NCBI RefSeq assembly: GCF_039541115.1
Contig: NZ_BAABFP010000008.1
Span: 372,001 to 436,000 of the forward strand
Length of the DNA stretch: 64,000 nucleotides
Source: Angustibacter luteus
Lineage (GTDB): Bacteria; Actinomycetota; Actinomycetes; Actinomycetales; Angustibacteraceae
Direction: 5' to 3'
In this document: positions 18,059 to 27,683 of the stretch, in pieces
How positions within the stretch are numbered: position 1 is the stretch's first letter
How the letters are laid out: each line of letters opens with the position of its first letter
Position numbers and translations under genes: made by a program
Notes under the pieces: model-generated
Told to the model about the DNA's origin: nothing
Databases searched by the model: none
What the model saw: only the letters and a program-made list of their open reading frames with translations

Positions 18059-21000
18059 TCAGACCATGCCGAGCAGGCACCGCCACGTCGTGCCGTCCAC
18101 GTCACCCGGAGCGCCTTGAGCTCCGGCGAGTCCGGCCGCCGTCTGGAACTGCTTGACGTACTTGGCGGTGATGGGTCCGAAGTCGCCGTCCAGGGCGACC
18201 TGGGCGGTGGTGAGGCCTGGGATGTTGGCCAGGAGCAGGGCCTGAAGCCGTTTGACGGCGGGGCCCTTCGAGCCCAGCGCGAGGAGTGGAAGCGTGGCAG
18301 GCATGAGTTCTCCAATCTGCGGGACGCCGTCGACGATGAAGTCGGCCAGCGTGAGCATGGCGATCGCGTCGTCGATGGGCGGCATGCTGTCTGCGGCCCG
18401 TTCGGTCGGTTCGTTCAGGTGCTGGTCGAGGCGGTCGCGCAGCACGCTGACCTTGGCCGCTGCTAGCGCGACCAGCTGCGGCGCGAAGTGGGGCGGAGCG
18501 GTTGCCGACGTGTCGTCCATCCCCCACCAGGTCACGAGAGCGGCCACTCCCGGGAGACCGTTGCCAAGCGGCGGCGTCGGCGGGTCCGCCGGGTCCGTGG
18601 GCTCGGTCGGCTCGCCGGGCTGACCTGCAGGCGGCGGCTCGGCCTCCAGCAGGGTGCGCAACAGGTCGTCGGTGGCGAGCGTCTTCGGCATTCCGAGGGT
18701 GACGACGTTGTCCAGCAGCAAGCGGGCACCTTCGACGACGTCCGCTGCGGAGCCGAGGGCACGTCCGGCCGCGCTTCTGGCGTTGTCGCGCAGCGTCTTC
18801 AGGGAGTCGGTGACGCTCGTCATCACCTGGTCGACAGCGGCTTGTGCGCCCTCGGTGGGAGCGAGGCCGCTCATGCACGCGGCTTGCAGGTTCAGGCCCG
18901 TGGTCCAGTTCTCCCGGACGGCTTGGGCCGGCGTCTCGGTGGCCGAGGGCGGGTTCGCGTCGTTGGTGCTGAACGTGGTGCCGAAGGCCGTGCCCCACCC
19001 GGCGATCTGGGTGCCGGACCACCAGATGCCGACATTGACCCCGCGGCGCCACTTGTGCACCTCTCGGCCGGGATCGGGCTTGCCGACGACGCTCCCGGGC
19101 TCGGGGCGCCCGGAGACCTCGTCCCCGGGGCGTTGGGGAGTGACATCGAACCAGCTGGCCTCGCAGGACACGGACAGGGACGTGTCGGCGGCGCCGTTGA
19201 ACCAGCTCGCCACGATGAGCTCCGGTGGGACGTGGCTGGCGATGGCGGGCGGAGGCGGGAGTCCGCCCCCCATGTGGTCCAACGCGGGAGGCTTGTACAA
19301 CAGGCGCTGCCCGGGCGGACCCCAGGGGTTGGGAGCCGGCGTGCCCGCTGGATGGCCCTTCGGCCCGCCAGCCTGGTCGAGGCTGGTTTGGACGGCGGCG
19401 TCCATGTCATCGCCGCAGGCCTTCACCGTGGCGGCGTAGTGGTCGATCAGTGCGTGGAAGAACGCCACCCTCGGGGTGCCGTCGTGCTCGACCGTGATCG
19501 AGCGCAGGCAGTCGCGGATGTGGGTTCCGGCTGCCCGGAGGTCGTCGTTGCGGTCCGGCGCCAGGTGCTGGGCAAGGCGAGCCTGCTCCACCAGCAGCTG
19601 GGCGTGCGCGCGAGCGGCCATCGTCCAGGTCAGCGGGTTCCCGCACATGGCGTTGTTGGCGAACAGCGGCCCGGCCCCGGCCAGTCGTGTGCAGCCGTCG
19701 AGATAGGCCAGGTTGCGGTCCTGGCTGACATCCGTCAGCTCGCCGGCGATCTTGTCCGCCGAGAAGTCTCGCCCGAGCGTGCCCATCTCGGCCTCGTCGT
19801 TGGCGGTGACGGTGCCCCAGGTGCGGAACTTGCCGGCGAACCCCAGGAACGCGTTCAGGCTCATGGGGACGTCGACGCGCGTGTCCCAACCGATCCCCTC
19901 GGAGATCGCGTCGAGCAGGTCGCGCCGTCCGACGACGACGGCGTAGTTGCCGACCGCCGTCTCGATGCGGTGCAGCTGCGCCGCCTGCTCGAGCAGCTCG
20001 CCCTGGATCTGGTTGAGGTCTCCCTCGATGCGTCCGAGCTCGACGACGACCTGGGAGAACGAGGTGGCCATCGACTGGTACATGGCGTTCAGCGTCTTGT
20101 CGATGCGGTCGAACCGCTCTTCCATCCGCTTGCCGAGCTCGGCGACCTGCGTCTGGAGGTTCTGGATCCCTTCCAGGATCATCTGGTCCGGATTGGGCTC
20201 GTCCATGCTGATGAGGAACGACAGGACGCCGACCACTGCCCCGACCACGGTCCCGCAGAGGGCGGCGCTGGCGATGAGCCCGCCGGCCTGGCCAGCGATC
20301 CTCGTCAAGTTGGCGATCTGGTTGACGGCCTTCAGGCTGGCCTCGGCGATGGTGATGATGGCGCCGCCGACGACGGAGATGGCGCGCGCGAGCTTGGGGT
20401 CGATGAGCCCGGCGATGGCCACGATGGCGCCCAGGTCGGCCTTGGCGGCGTCCAGCATGCCTTGGTAGACGTCGGCGACGTCCTTGGCCCGCTGTTGGGC
20501 GGCGGCTTGCCGGGCCTGGTCGTGGATCCAGGACAGGATCTCCTTCTGGCCCCGGTCCAGGTCGCCGAGCACGGTCAGGACCTGGGTGAAGCCGGCACCG
20601 ACCTGGTCGTGCAGGCTCGTCAGCCGGGCGGCCAGGTCGGCGCGGAGCTCGTCGACCTTGATGGAGACACCGCTGTCGACGTTGACCGTCACGTACTGGT
20701 TGAAGGTCTCGCGGTTGTTCTGCACGATGCGCGCGGCGGTCAGGTCGTCCTTGAGCTGGTCCGGGGGCTTGTCGTTACCCAGCCGGATCTCCGGCAGGCC
20801 CTTGGTCAACGCATCCAGGCAGGCCGCCGACTGGGAGCAGGACCGGTAGGCAACGGCCACCTGGGCGGCGGCGTCGCCGCGCCCGTACTCGTCGATGATG
20901 TTCGACATCTGGGTCTGGGCGTTGGTGCGCTTCTCGGCGGCCAGCGCGTCGTTGATGCCGAAGGCGTCCTTGATCAGGCTGGCCGCCGGGTCGATCATCC

Positions 21001-21361
21001 AGGACAGCTCCTTCGGCGCCATCGCACCGAGTCCCTTGAGCAGGAAGTCGCCGGCGTAGACCTCGATCTGGGTGAACGGGTCGAGCTGCCCCTCCGTGAC
21101 GTACTTGTCGTACTGCACGAGCTTGCCGTTCGCAGCCTCGCGCAGCTGGTCGCCGGTCCAGCTCGGGTTCTGCCAGTAGTAGTGCAGCAGCTGGTCGACG
21201 TAGAACAGCCGACGCAACCGCTCCGTCCCCGTGTAGGTCGCGAGGAAGACTGTCGTGTACGGGTACGGCGACTGGGGTGGCAGGGTCACCGTCCCCTGCG
21301 CCTGCTGCGCCCCAGCCTGTGCCGGCGCACCCAGCTCCACCTGCTCGATCGTGTTCGCCAT
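18059..21361 (-). CDS. Large hypothetical protein: coiled coils, central hydrophobic hairpin, C-terminal peptidoglycan-binding (PG_binding_1-type) domain
   Basis: ~1100 aa with GC3-rich codons and a GGGGAGGG SD; C-terminus LALGSKGPAVKRLQALL...DGDFGPITAKYVKQFQ...GDVDGTTW. Confidence 0.85.
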   Translation of the reverse strand: MANTIEQVELGAPAQAGAQQAQGTVTLPPQSPYPYTTVFLATYTGTERLRRLFYVDQLLHYYWQNPSWTGDQLREAANGKLVQYDKYVTEGQLDPFTQIEVYAGDFLLKGLGAMAPKELSWMIDPAASLIKDAFGINDALAAEKRTNAQTQMSNIIDEYGRGDAAAQVAVAYRSCSQSAACLDALTKGLPEIRLGNDKPPDQLKDDLTAARIVQNNRETFNQYVTVNVDSGVSIKVDELRADLAARLTSLHDQVGAGFTQVLTVLGDLDRGQKEILSWIHDQARQAAAQQRAKDVADVYQGMLDAAKADLGAIVAIAGLIDPKLARAISVVGGAIITIAEASLKAVNQIANLTRIAGQAGGLIASAALCGTVVGAVVGVLSFLISMDEPNPDQMILEGIQNLQTQVAELGKRMEERFDRIDKTLNAMYQSMATSFSQVVVELGRIEGDLNQIQGELLEQAAQLHRIETAVGNYAVVVGRRDLLDAISEGIGWDTRVDVPMSLNAFLGFAGKFRTWGTVTANDEAEMGTLGRDFSADKIAGELTDVSQDRNLAYLDGCTRLAGAGPLFANNAMCGNPLTWTMAARAHAQLLVEQARLAQHLAPDRNDDLRAAGTHIRDCLRSITVEHDGTPRVAFFHALIDHYAATVKACGDDMDAAVQTSLDQAGGPKGHPAGTPAPNPWGPPGQRLLYKPPALDHMGGGLPPPPAIASHVPPELIVASWFNGAADTSLSVSCEASWFDVTPQRPGDEVSGRPEPGSVVGKPDPGREVHKWRRGVNVGIWWSGTQIAGWGTAFGTTFSTNDANPPSATETPAQAVRENWTTGLNLQAACMSGLAPTEGAQAAVDQVMTSVTDSLKTLRDNARSAAGRALGSAADVVEGARLLLDNVVTLGMPKTLATDDLLRTLLEAEPPPAGQPGEPTEPTDPADPPTPPLGNGLPGVAALVTWWGMDDTSATAPPHFAPQLVALAAAKVSVLRDRLDQHLNEPTERAADSMPPIDDAIAMLTLADFIVDGVPQIGELMPATLPLLALGSKGPAVKRLQALLLANIPGLTTAQVALDGDFGPITAKYVKQFQTAAGLAGAQGAPGDVDGTTWRCLLGMV

Positions 21362-21544
21362 CATCCCTCCCCCTGGCGTTCCGACGAGGTCGGATCGCCG
21401 CTCCTGCGCCACTGCGCCCGATGTGGTTCACAGGTATGACGTGCACCGGCTCCCAGATGGGTGACAGACGCCGGCTGCCAGTTCGTGAGCAGCCGTCGAC
21501 GAGCCACTGGACAGCCCGGACCTGGGATGGCCAGAGTGCTTGGC

Positions 21545-22126
21545 ATGAGCGATCACCCCACGCCGAGTACGACGGGAACGGAGTCCGGCCTGACCGATGA
21601 GGCGTTCCCGCCCACCTGGGCCGGCGACGACCGCCCACCCATCCCGCGGGTGGCCGGCGAGCGCGAGGCCCTGGCGGCGTACCTGGAGTACTACCGGGCC
21701 ACCGTGGAGATGAAGTGCCGCGGCCTGACCACCGCGCAAGCGCGGACGCGGTCCGTTCCGCCGTCCACGATGTCGTTGCACGGTGTGGTGCGCCACCTCG
21801 CCGGCGTCGAGCGGTGGTGGTTCCAGCAGAACTTCGAGCGCCGTGACGTGCCGTTCCTCTTCTTCACCGCCGACGAGCCCGATCTCGACTTCCACCCGCC
21901 GCCGGACGCCGACCTCGCCGCCGACCTCGAGACCTGGCGCGCAGAGTGCGCGGTCTCCCGCGAGATCGTCGCCGCCCACGACCTGGACGACACCGCCCGG
22001 CCCCTGGACTGGCACGAGGACATCGATCTGCGCTGGCTGGTGCTGCGGATGATCGCCGAGTACGCCCAGCACTGCGGGCACATCGACCTGCTCCGCGAGG
22101 GAGTCGACGGCAAGACCGGCGCGTGA
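21545..22126 (+). CDS. DinB-superfamily (DUF664) protein
   Basis: GEREALAAYLEYYRATVEMKCRGL, MSLHGVVRHLAGVERWWF, EYAQHCGHIDLLREGVDG. Confidence 0.9.
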   Translation: MSDHPTPSTTGTESGLTDEAFPPTWAGDDRPPIPRVAGEREALAAYLEYYRATVEMKCRGLTTAQARTRSVPPSTMSLHGVVRHLAGVERWWFQQNFERRDVPFLFFTADEPDLDFHPPPDADLAADLETWRAECAVSREIVAAHDLDDTARPLDWHEDIDLRWLVLRMIAEYAQHCGHIDLLREGVDGKTGA

Positions 22127-22151
22127 GCTCCACCCCGGTGCCGACGATCAG

Positions 22152-22301
22152 TCAGCCACCCGCACCCGAGAACTGGGGTGGATCTTCGTCCACCCGCCCG
22201 CAGCGCAAGCACCTGTTGTAGAAGTCACGGCTGCTCAGGCTGCCGGTCGCCCGGATGTGCGCCCACTTGTGACCAAGCAGGATGCAGACGACACGCTTCA
22301 T
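22152..22301 (-). CDS. 49-aa Cys/His protein (DUF1660-like)
   Basis: GGAGGT SD; MKRVVCILLGHKW...RCLRCG. Confidence 0.7.
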   Translation of the reverse strand: MKRVVCILLGHKWAHIRATGSLSSRDFYNRCLRCGRVDEDPPQFSGAGG

Positions 22302-22404
22302 GAGACACCTCCGTTCGTCAGCATGGACGATCCTCGCGGGCGGCGATGACTTGGGCGCGCCACGAGGGTCGTTACGGGGAAGCACCCGGACGAAGGAGCC
22401 AGAC

Positions 22405-23022
22405 ATGGGTCAGGTCATCGCCTCCGCGTCGATGTCGCTGGACGGCTACATCGCGAAGGACGACAACACGATCGGTCGATTGTTCGACTGGTTGCAGAAC
22501 GGCGAGGTCGAGCTCCCAACGGTCGATGACCGGATCACGTTTCACCTGAGCCCGCCCAGCGCCGCGTACTGGCGAGAGTGGGTCGACGGGTTGGGTGCTC
22601 TGGTGTGCGGGCGCACGCTGTTCGACTTCACGGACGGGTGGGGCGGCCTGCACACGATCGGCGTGCCTGTCGTCGTCGTGACGCACCAGGTCCCGGGTGA
22701 CTGGGTCGAGGCCCACCCGGACGCCCCGTTCCACTTCGTCACCGACGGAGTGGAGGCCGCGGTGGCGAAGGCGCAGGAGATCGCCGGGCTGCGCACCGTG
22801 GCCGTGACGGCCGGCACCATTGCCGGGCAGTGTCTGGAGCTCGGGCTGCTCGACGCGGTCGCCATCGACCTGGTGCCCGTGCTCATGGGGACGGGCCGCG
22901 CCTACTTCGGTGGGCTGTCGCTGGACGAAGCCCTCCTCGGTGACCCGACGGTCTGCATCCAGGGGGATCGGGTCACCCATCTCCTCTTCCCCGTGCCCGA
23001 GGCGTCGAGCCACGGCGGGTGA
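22405..23022 (+). CDS. Dihydrofolate reductase/RibD C-terminal family protein
   Basis: ASMSLDGYIA, VCGRTLFD, VVVTH, DLVPVLMGTG; AAGGAG SD. Confidence 0.88.
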   Translation: MGQVIASASMSLDGYIAKDDNTIGRLFDWLQNGEVELPTVDDRITFHLSPPSAAYWREWVDGLGALVCGRTLFDFTDGWGGLHTIGVPVVVVTHQVPGDWVEAHPDAPFHFVTDGVEAAVAKAQEIAGLRTVAVTAGTIAGQCLELGLLDAVAIDLVPVLMGTGRAYFGGLSLDEALLGDPTVCIQGDRVTHLLFPVPEASSHGG

Positions 23023-23085
23023 CGACACGCGAGCGCGAACGCGGCCTCGGACCCGCGCGGTCGGCGAGTAGGGCACAGTGGCCGG

Positions 23086-24870
23086 GTGCATCATGTCGGG
23101 ATCGACCTCGCCTGGGGGGATCGGCGCTCCACCGGGCTGGCCGTCCTGGACGCCGAAGGGCGCCTGGTCCACGTCAGTGCAGCGACGGACGACGACAGCA
23201 TCATCAGCACGTTGCGAGCCTTCACCGAAGGCCGGTGCGTCGTCGCGATCGACGCACCGCTGGTCGTCACCAACCCCACCGGCAACCGCCCGGCCGAGGC
23301 CGCGCTCAACCGCGACTTCGCGCGCTTCCACGCCGGCGCGCACCCCACCAACACGGCGCGAGCGGAGTTCCAGAACGGGTCCCGCGGCGGGCGGCTGGCT
23401 CAGCTGCTCGGACTGGACCTGGATCCGGCGTCGCGCGGGCCGCGGCGCGCGATGGAGGTGTACCCGCACGCCGCGACGGTGTCGCTGTTCCGGCTGGGTC
23501 AGACCCTGAAGTACAAGAACAAGCCCGGTCGCACGCTGTCGCAGCTGCGGTCCGAGCTCATGCGGCTCGTCGGGCTGCTCGAGGGTCTGGCCGCCGCCGA
23601 CCCGTCGATGCGGCTGGTCCAGCTGCCCGCGTGGACCGACCTGGTGTCCGGGGTCGAGCAGGCGCAGCGCAAGAGCGACCTTCGTCGCGCCGAGGACCAG
23701 GTGGACGCCGTCGTCTGCGCGTACGTCGCGATGTTCGCCGAGCGCCATCCGGATCGGGTCACCGTCTACGGCGACGCGGCCACCGGCGCGATCATCACCC
23801 CGACGCTGCCGGCAGGTCTGGAGCCGTCGATCGAGCAGCCAGCCGGCGTCGAGGGCGCGATCCGGCACGCGGTGCAGGAGTACGCCGCGCGCCAGCCCGA
23901 GCTGCGGGCGGCCACCGAGGAGTACGTCGCGCTGGTGACCGGACTGCTCGACGACGCCGGCATCAACTACCTCACGGTCACCGGTCGCGCCAAGACCGTG
24001 GCGTCGTTCGCGGGCAAGGCGGAGCGCACGGACGGCGGTCGCCACCTCTACGCCGATCCGCTGACCGAGATCACCGACCAGATCGGGATCCGGGTGATCA
24101 CCTACGTGCACAGCGACGTCGCGGCGGTCGCCGACCTGCTCGCCGACCAGCTGCGCGTGCTCGACGACCGGGACATGGGGCAGGAGACCGCGAGCGAGGG
24201 CCGCTTCGGCTACGCCAGCCGCCACCTCCTGGTCACCCTGGACCACGACCGGCCGGCGTCGACGTCAGGACTGCTCGCGGACCGCAGCGCGCAGGTGCAG
24301 GTGCGGACGGTCCTGCAGCACGCGTGGGCGGAGTTCGAGCACGACATCCGTTACAAGGGAACGGTTCCCGAGGAGCACGGCGCCGATCTGGACCGCCGCT
24401 TCTCCCTCGCCGCGGGTCTGCTCGAGCTGGCCGACGGCGAGTTCTCGGCGATCCGCGACCGGCTGCGCCAGGGCGGACCCGCCGTGGTCGACGACACGGA
24501 CGACGGCCGGGACGACGGTGACGCGGACCCGCGCATCGACGCGCAGGACCTCGCTACCTTCCTGGCCGCGCAGTTCGTGGACGCCGGCTGGTCGCGGACC
24601 GACCACTACGAGTGGATCTCGGGCCTCCTGCTCGAGCTGGGCATCACGTCCCTCGACGAGCTGGCCGGGCTGCTGGGCACCTTGGACGCCGCCGCTCTGG
24701 AGTCCCGCATGGCGTATCGCTACCCGCCGGGCGCCGTCCGGCGGCTCGACGACGCACTGCTCGCGGTCTTCGGCAGCCGCTACCTCGACCTGCACGGCAA
24801 CGGGCACCGAGAGGCACTGCTGCGGGCGCGGCTGGACAAGCTGCGACCGACAGGGGACGGCGCGCGGTGA
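23086..24870 (+). CDS. relZ: DUF429 (RNase H-like) - RelA/SpoT synthetase fusion, RelZ-like small alarmone synthetase
   Basis: N-term HVGIDLAWG, IDAPL, EVYPH, DAVVCA; C-term RAKTVASFAGK, TDQIGIRVI, GYASRHLLV, QVRTVLQHAWAEFEHDIRYK. Confidence 0.85.
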   Translation: MHHVGIDLAWGDRRSTGLAVLDAEGRLVHVSAATDDDSIISTLRAFTEGRCVVAIDAPLVVTNPTGNRPAEAALNRDFARFHAGAHPTNTARAEFQNGSRGGRLAQLLGLDLDPASRGPRRAMEVYPHAATVSLFRLGQTLKYKNKPGRTLSQLRSELMRLVGLLEGLAAADPSMRLVQLPAWTDLVSGVEQAQRKSDLRRAEDQVDAVVCAYVAMFAERHPDRVTVYGDAATGAIITPTLPAGLEPSIEQPAGVEGAIRHAVQEYAARQPELRAATEEYVALVTGLLDDAGINYLTVTGRAKTVASFAGKAERTDGGRHLYADPLTEITDQIGIRVITYVHSDVAAVADLLADQLRVLDDRDMGQETASEGRFGYASRHLLVTLDHDRPASTSGLLADRSAQVQVRTVLQHAWAEFEHDIRYKGTVPEEHGADLDRRFSLAAGLLELADGEFSAIRDRLRQGGPAVVDDTDDGRDDGDADPRIDAQDLATFLAAQFVDAGWSRTDHYEWISGLLLELGITSLDELAGLLGTLDAAALESRMAYRYPPGAVRRLDDALLAVFGSRYLDLHGNGHREALLRARLDKLRPTGDGAR

Positions 24871-25436
24871 CGCCCTCAACGAGCAACGCCCGGACAGCGC
24901 GTCGCGCATCGATCAGCTTCACCGCCAAGCTGACCGCCATCGACGGCACCGCGCTCGTGCAGCTGCCGGCTGAGGCCAGCGAGCGGCTCCCCTCGCGCGG
25001 CCAGGTAGCCGTGCACGCGTCGATCGGCGGGCACGACGTCGAGACGGTGATCGAGCCGGACGGCCGCCGCGGTCACTGGATCCGCGTCGGTGACTCGCTC
25101 CAGCGGGCCCTTCGAATCACCCCGGGAGACACGACCGAGATCACCATCGACGTCGCCTCCGACTGGCCCGAGCCGGACCTCCCCGATGACTTCGCCCGCG
25201 CCCTCGCCGAGGCGCCGGCGAAGATCCGCGGCGTGTGGGAGGACATCACCCCGATGGCTCGTTGGGAGTGGGTCCGGTGGGTACAGGCGACGCGCAACCC
25301 CGAGACGCGACAGCGCCGGGTGGACGTGAGCCTGTCCAAGCTGAACGACGGGAAGCGTCGGCCCTGCTGCTTCAACCTCGCCTCCTGCACCGACCCGGAC
25401 GTGGCGAAGGGCGGCAAGCTGCCCGAGGTCACCTGA
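24867..25436 (+). CDS. DUF1905 / YdeI-OmpD-associated family protein
   Basis: LPSRGQVAV, EPDGRRGHW, PDDFARAL, ARWEWVRWV...TRQRRV, RRPCCF; GTGA overlap with the relZ stop. Confidence 0.85.
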   Translation: MTPSTSNARTARRASISFTAKLTAIDGTALVQLPAEASERLPSRGQVAVHASIGGHDVETVIEPDGRRGHWIRVGDSLQRALRITPGDTTEITIDVASDWPEPDLPDDFARALAEAPAKIRGVWEDITPMARWEWVRWVQATRNPETRQRRVDVSLSKLNDGKRRPCCFNLASCTDPDVAKGGKLPEVT

Positions 25437-25552
25437 CCCGGACGTCGTCCCGCTGCGCGCCGGATGGGTGAATCGTCCTGACACGGCGGTGTCCGCTCCC
25501 CTAGCCTGTCGCCGTCCCAGCCGGGACCTCACCGACCGCCGCCGGGGGACCC

Positions 25553-27163
25553 ATGCGCGCCCAGCTCCGCCTTCCTGCCGTCCTGATCAGTGGCGTGGCC
25601 GCCGCGCTCGTGGTCGCGGGCCTGCCGGCGACGGCATACGCGGCCGACCCGGGCCCGACGGTCTCCGAGCTGAAGAGCGCACCGGGCGACCCCGGCGTCC
25701 TGCAGGCGACGACCACCGAGACCGCCACTGCGGTACAGGTGTCCCTGCACGCCCAGGCGGACGGGGCCGACACCTCGCACGACGTCTCGGTGACCCTGCA
25801 CGGTGACGCCGCTACCGGCTGGAGCAGCAACCGGCTGCCGCTGACGGCGTACGGCCAGTACACGATGACTGCCGTCGCCAAGGACGCCGATGATGCTGCC
25901 GGCGAGCCGACCACCGAGACCCTGCGCTACCTGCGTCAGGTGGTCGTCGGCGCGCACAGCGTCAGCCCCACGGCCGTCGACTACGACCACCAGGACGTCG
26001 TCGCCACCGGCGACCTCCAGCTGTTCGACCCGGTCACCCAGACCACGCTGCCGGCGGCCGACATCCCGATGAGCGGCTGGTACGACGGGCACGCCGACGA
26101 CTTCCGCACCGACTCCCAGGGTCACTACTCGTGGACCCGCCATGTCACCCGCACGGCGTCCTCGCCGTCCTCCACCGGGGTGTATGCGGGTGGGGACGAC
26201 ACCACCGAGCTCGCCCTGATCGGGAACGCCCTCAACGAGATCGCGGTCAACCGGTCCCCGCTGCGAGTGCGGTACGCCCCCTTGGCGGCAGTGAAGTACC
26301 CGGCGAAGGCGACCCTCCACGGCACCGTCGAGTACCTGAGCGGGGGGGCCTGGACGCCGCTGGCGTCGGTTCCGCTCACCGACTACGCCAACCACGTCTT
26401 CTCCACCGACGCGCAGGGCGACTTCACGGTGACGCTGGCCCCGGAGCAGGACCTGACCTACCAGGTCTCCCTCCCGTACGACGGCGACCAGGCCATGTGG
26501 TTCGACGAGATCTCCTCGCCGCCGGCCTCGGTGAAGGTCATCGACCGCACGTTCCTCAACTGGGCCGACCCCTACCTGGACGAGTACTCCCAGGTGCACG
26601 TCTCGGGTCAGCTGCAGGCGGGGGGCGGCGTCTCGATCCCGCGCGGGACGAAGGTCTACCTGCAGCAGTCGGCCAACGGCCACACGGGCTGGAAGTACAT
26701 CTACTGGGTCAAGACCACCGACTCCTACGGCTACTTCAACGTCGACGGGTGGGTGCCGCACCCGACGGGCTACTGGCGGCTGGTCTACGTGGGCGCCGAC
26801 GGCTCCCTGCAGCCCAGCTACAGCCGGGTGGTGAGGCTGTCCCGCATCGAGACCCGCGTGAAGTCGTTCAACGCCTCCCCCGAACCGGTGCGCAAGAACC
26901 ACTACGTGACGCTCAAGGGCATCGTGCAGCGCTACGACAAGGGCTGGAAGAGCATCGGCAGCAAGAAGTACGCCGAGGTCTTCTTCCGGGCCAAGGGCAG
27001 CAAGAAGTGGGTCTACCTCGGCTACGCCCGCACGACGGCGTCCGGCTCGTTCACCTACCGCCACAAGGCAACCAAGGACGGCTGGTGGAGCGTCGTGTGG
27101 TTCACCGCGAGCGCCAAGTACGTCAACGCGTACTCGATCGACGACTACGTGGACGTGCGCTGA
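25553..27163 (+). CDS. Secreted beta-rich protein with basic C-terminal domain ending DYVDVR
   Basis: Signal peptide ending ATAYA; tandem Ig-like segments; C-terminal NASPEPVRK...DGWW...DDYVDVR. Confidence 0.85.
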   Translation: MRAQLRLPAVLISGVAAALVVAGLPATAYAADPGPTVSELKSAPGDPGVLQATTTETATAVQVSLHAQADGADTSHDVSVTLHGDAATGWSSNRLPLTAYGQYTMTAVAKDADDAAGEPTTETLRYLRQVVVGAHSVSPTAVDYDHQDVVATGDLQLFDPVTQTTLPAADIPMSGWYDGHADDFRTDSQGHYSWTRHVTRTASSPSSTGVYAGGDDTTELALIGNALNEIAVNRSPLRVRYAPLAAVKYPAKATLHGTVEYLSGGAWTPLASVPLTDYANHVFSTDAQGDFTVTLAPEQDLTYQVSLPYDGDQAMWFDEISSPPASVKVIDRTFLNWADPYLDEYSQVHVSGQLQAGGGVSIPRGTKVYLQQSANGHTGWKYIYWVKTTDSYGYFNVDGWVPHPTGYWRLVYVGADGSLQPSYSRVVRLSRIETRVKSFNASPEPVRKNHYVTLKGIVQRYDKGWKSIGSKKYAEVFFRAKGSKKWVYLGYARTTASGSFTYRHKATKDGWWSVVWFTASAKYVNAYSIDDYVDVR

Positions 27164-27188
27164 GCGGACGCTGCGAAACACTGGAGGC

Positions 27189-27644
27189 ATGAACATCGGC
27201 CTCGCCGGCGCGCCGGACCTGCCCCAGCTGGCTCGGCTGCTCTGGGTGCACGCGGCTCCCGCGGAGCAGGCCAGCCAGACGGTCGAGTCGTTCGCCGGTG
27301 ACCTGGCCGCGTGGTGGAGCGACCACGAGGACTCGCACCTTCCCTTCGTCGCCCGACTGGCCGAGCACGAGGTCGTCGGCATGGCCTGGCTGGCGCTCGT
27401 CCCTCGGGTGCCGAGACCCGGCGTGACCACGCGTCTCTCGGCGGACCTCCAGAGCGTCTTCGTCGATGTCGAGCACCGCGGCCAGGGGATCGGCTCCGCA
27501 CTCGTCCGGGCTGCGGTGGATCACGCGTCGCGGCTGGGAGCGGGTCGCGTGACGGTCAGTTCCAGCCGCCGGGCCGTACCCGTCTACGAGAGACTGGGGT
27601 TCGCGTCGTCCGGTCAGCTGCTGCAGTGGACGGCCCCGGACTAG
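27189..27644 (+). CDS. GNAT family N-acetyltransferase
   Basis: VFVDVEHRGQGIGSAL, AVPVYERLGF. Confidence 0.9.
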   Translation: MNIGLAGAPDLPQLARLLWVHAAPAEQASQTVESFAGDLAAWWSDHEDSHLPFVARLAEHEVVGMAWLALVPRVPRPGVTTRLSADLQSVFVDVEHRGQGIGSALVRAAVDHASRLGAGRVTVSSSRRAVPVYERLGFASSGQLLQWTAPD

Positions 27645-27683
27645 CGTCTTCGACCGCTCTACCGCACTCGAACTGGAGGCAGC

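Noticed and set aside
18488..21439. 983-aa plus-strand ORF
   Set aside because: Antisense shadow of the large minus-strand protein
25466..25500. GGGTGAATC fragment suggesting a c-di-AMP riboswitch
   Set aside because: The other conserved ydaO elements are absent
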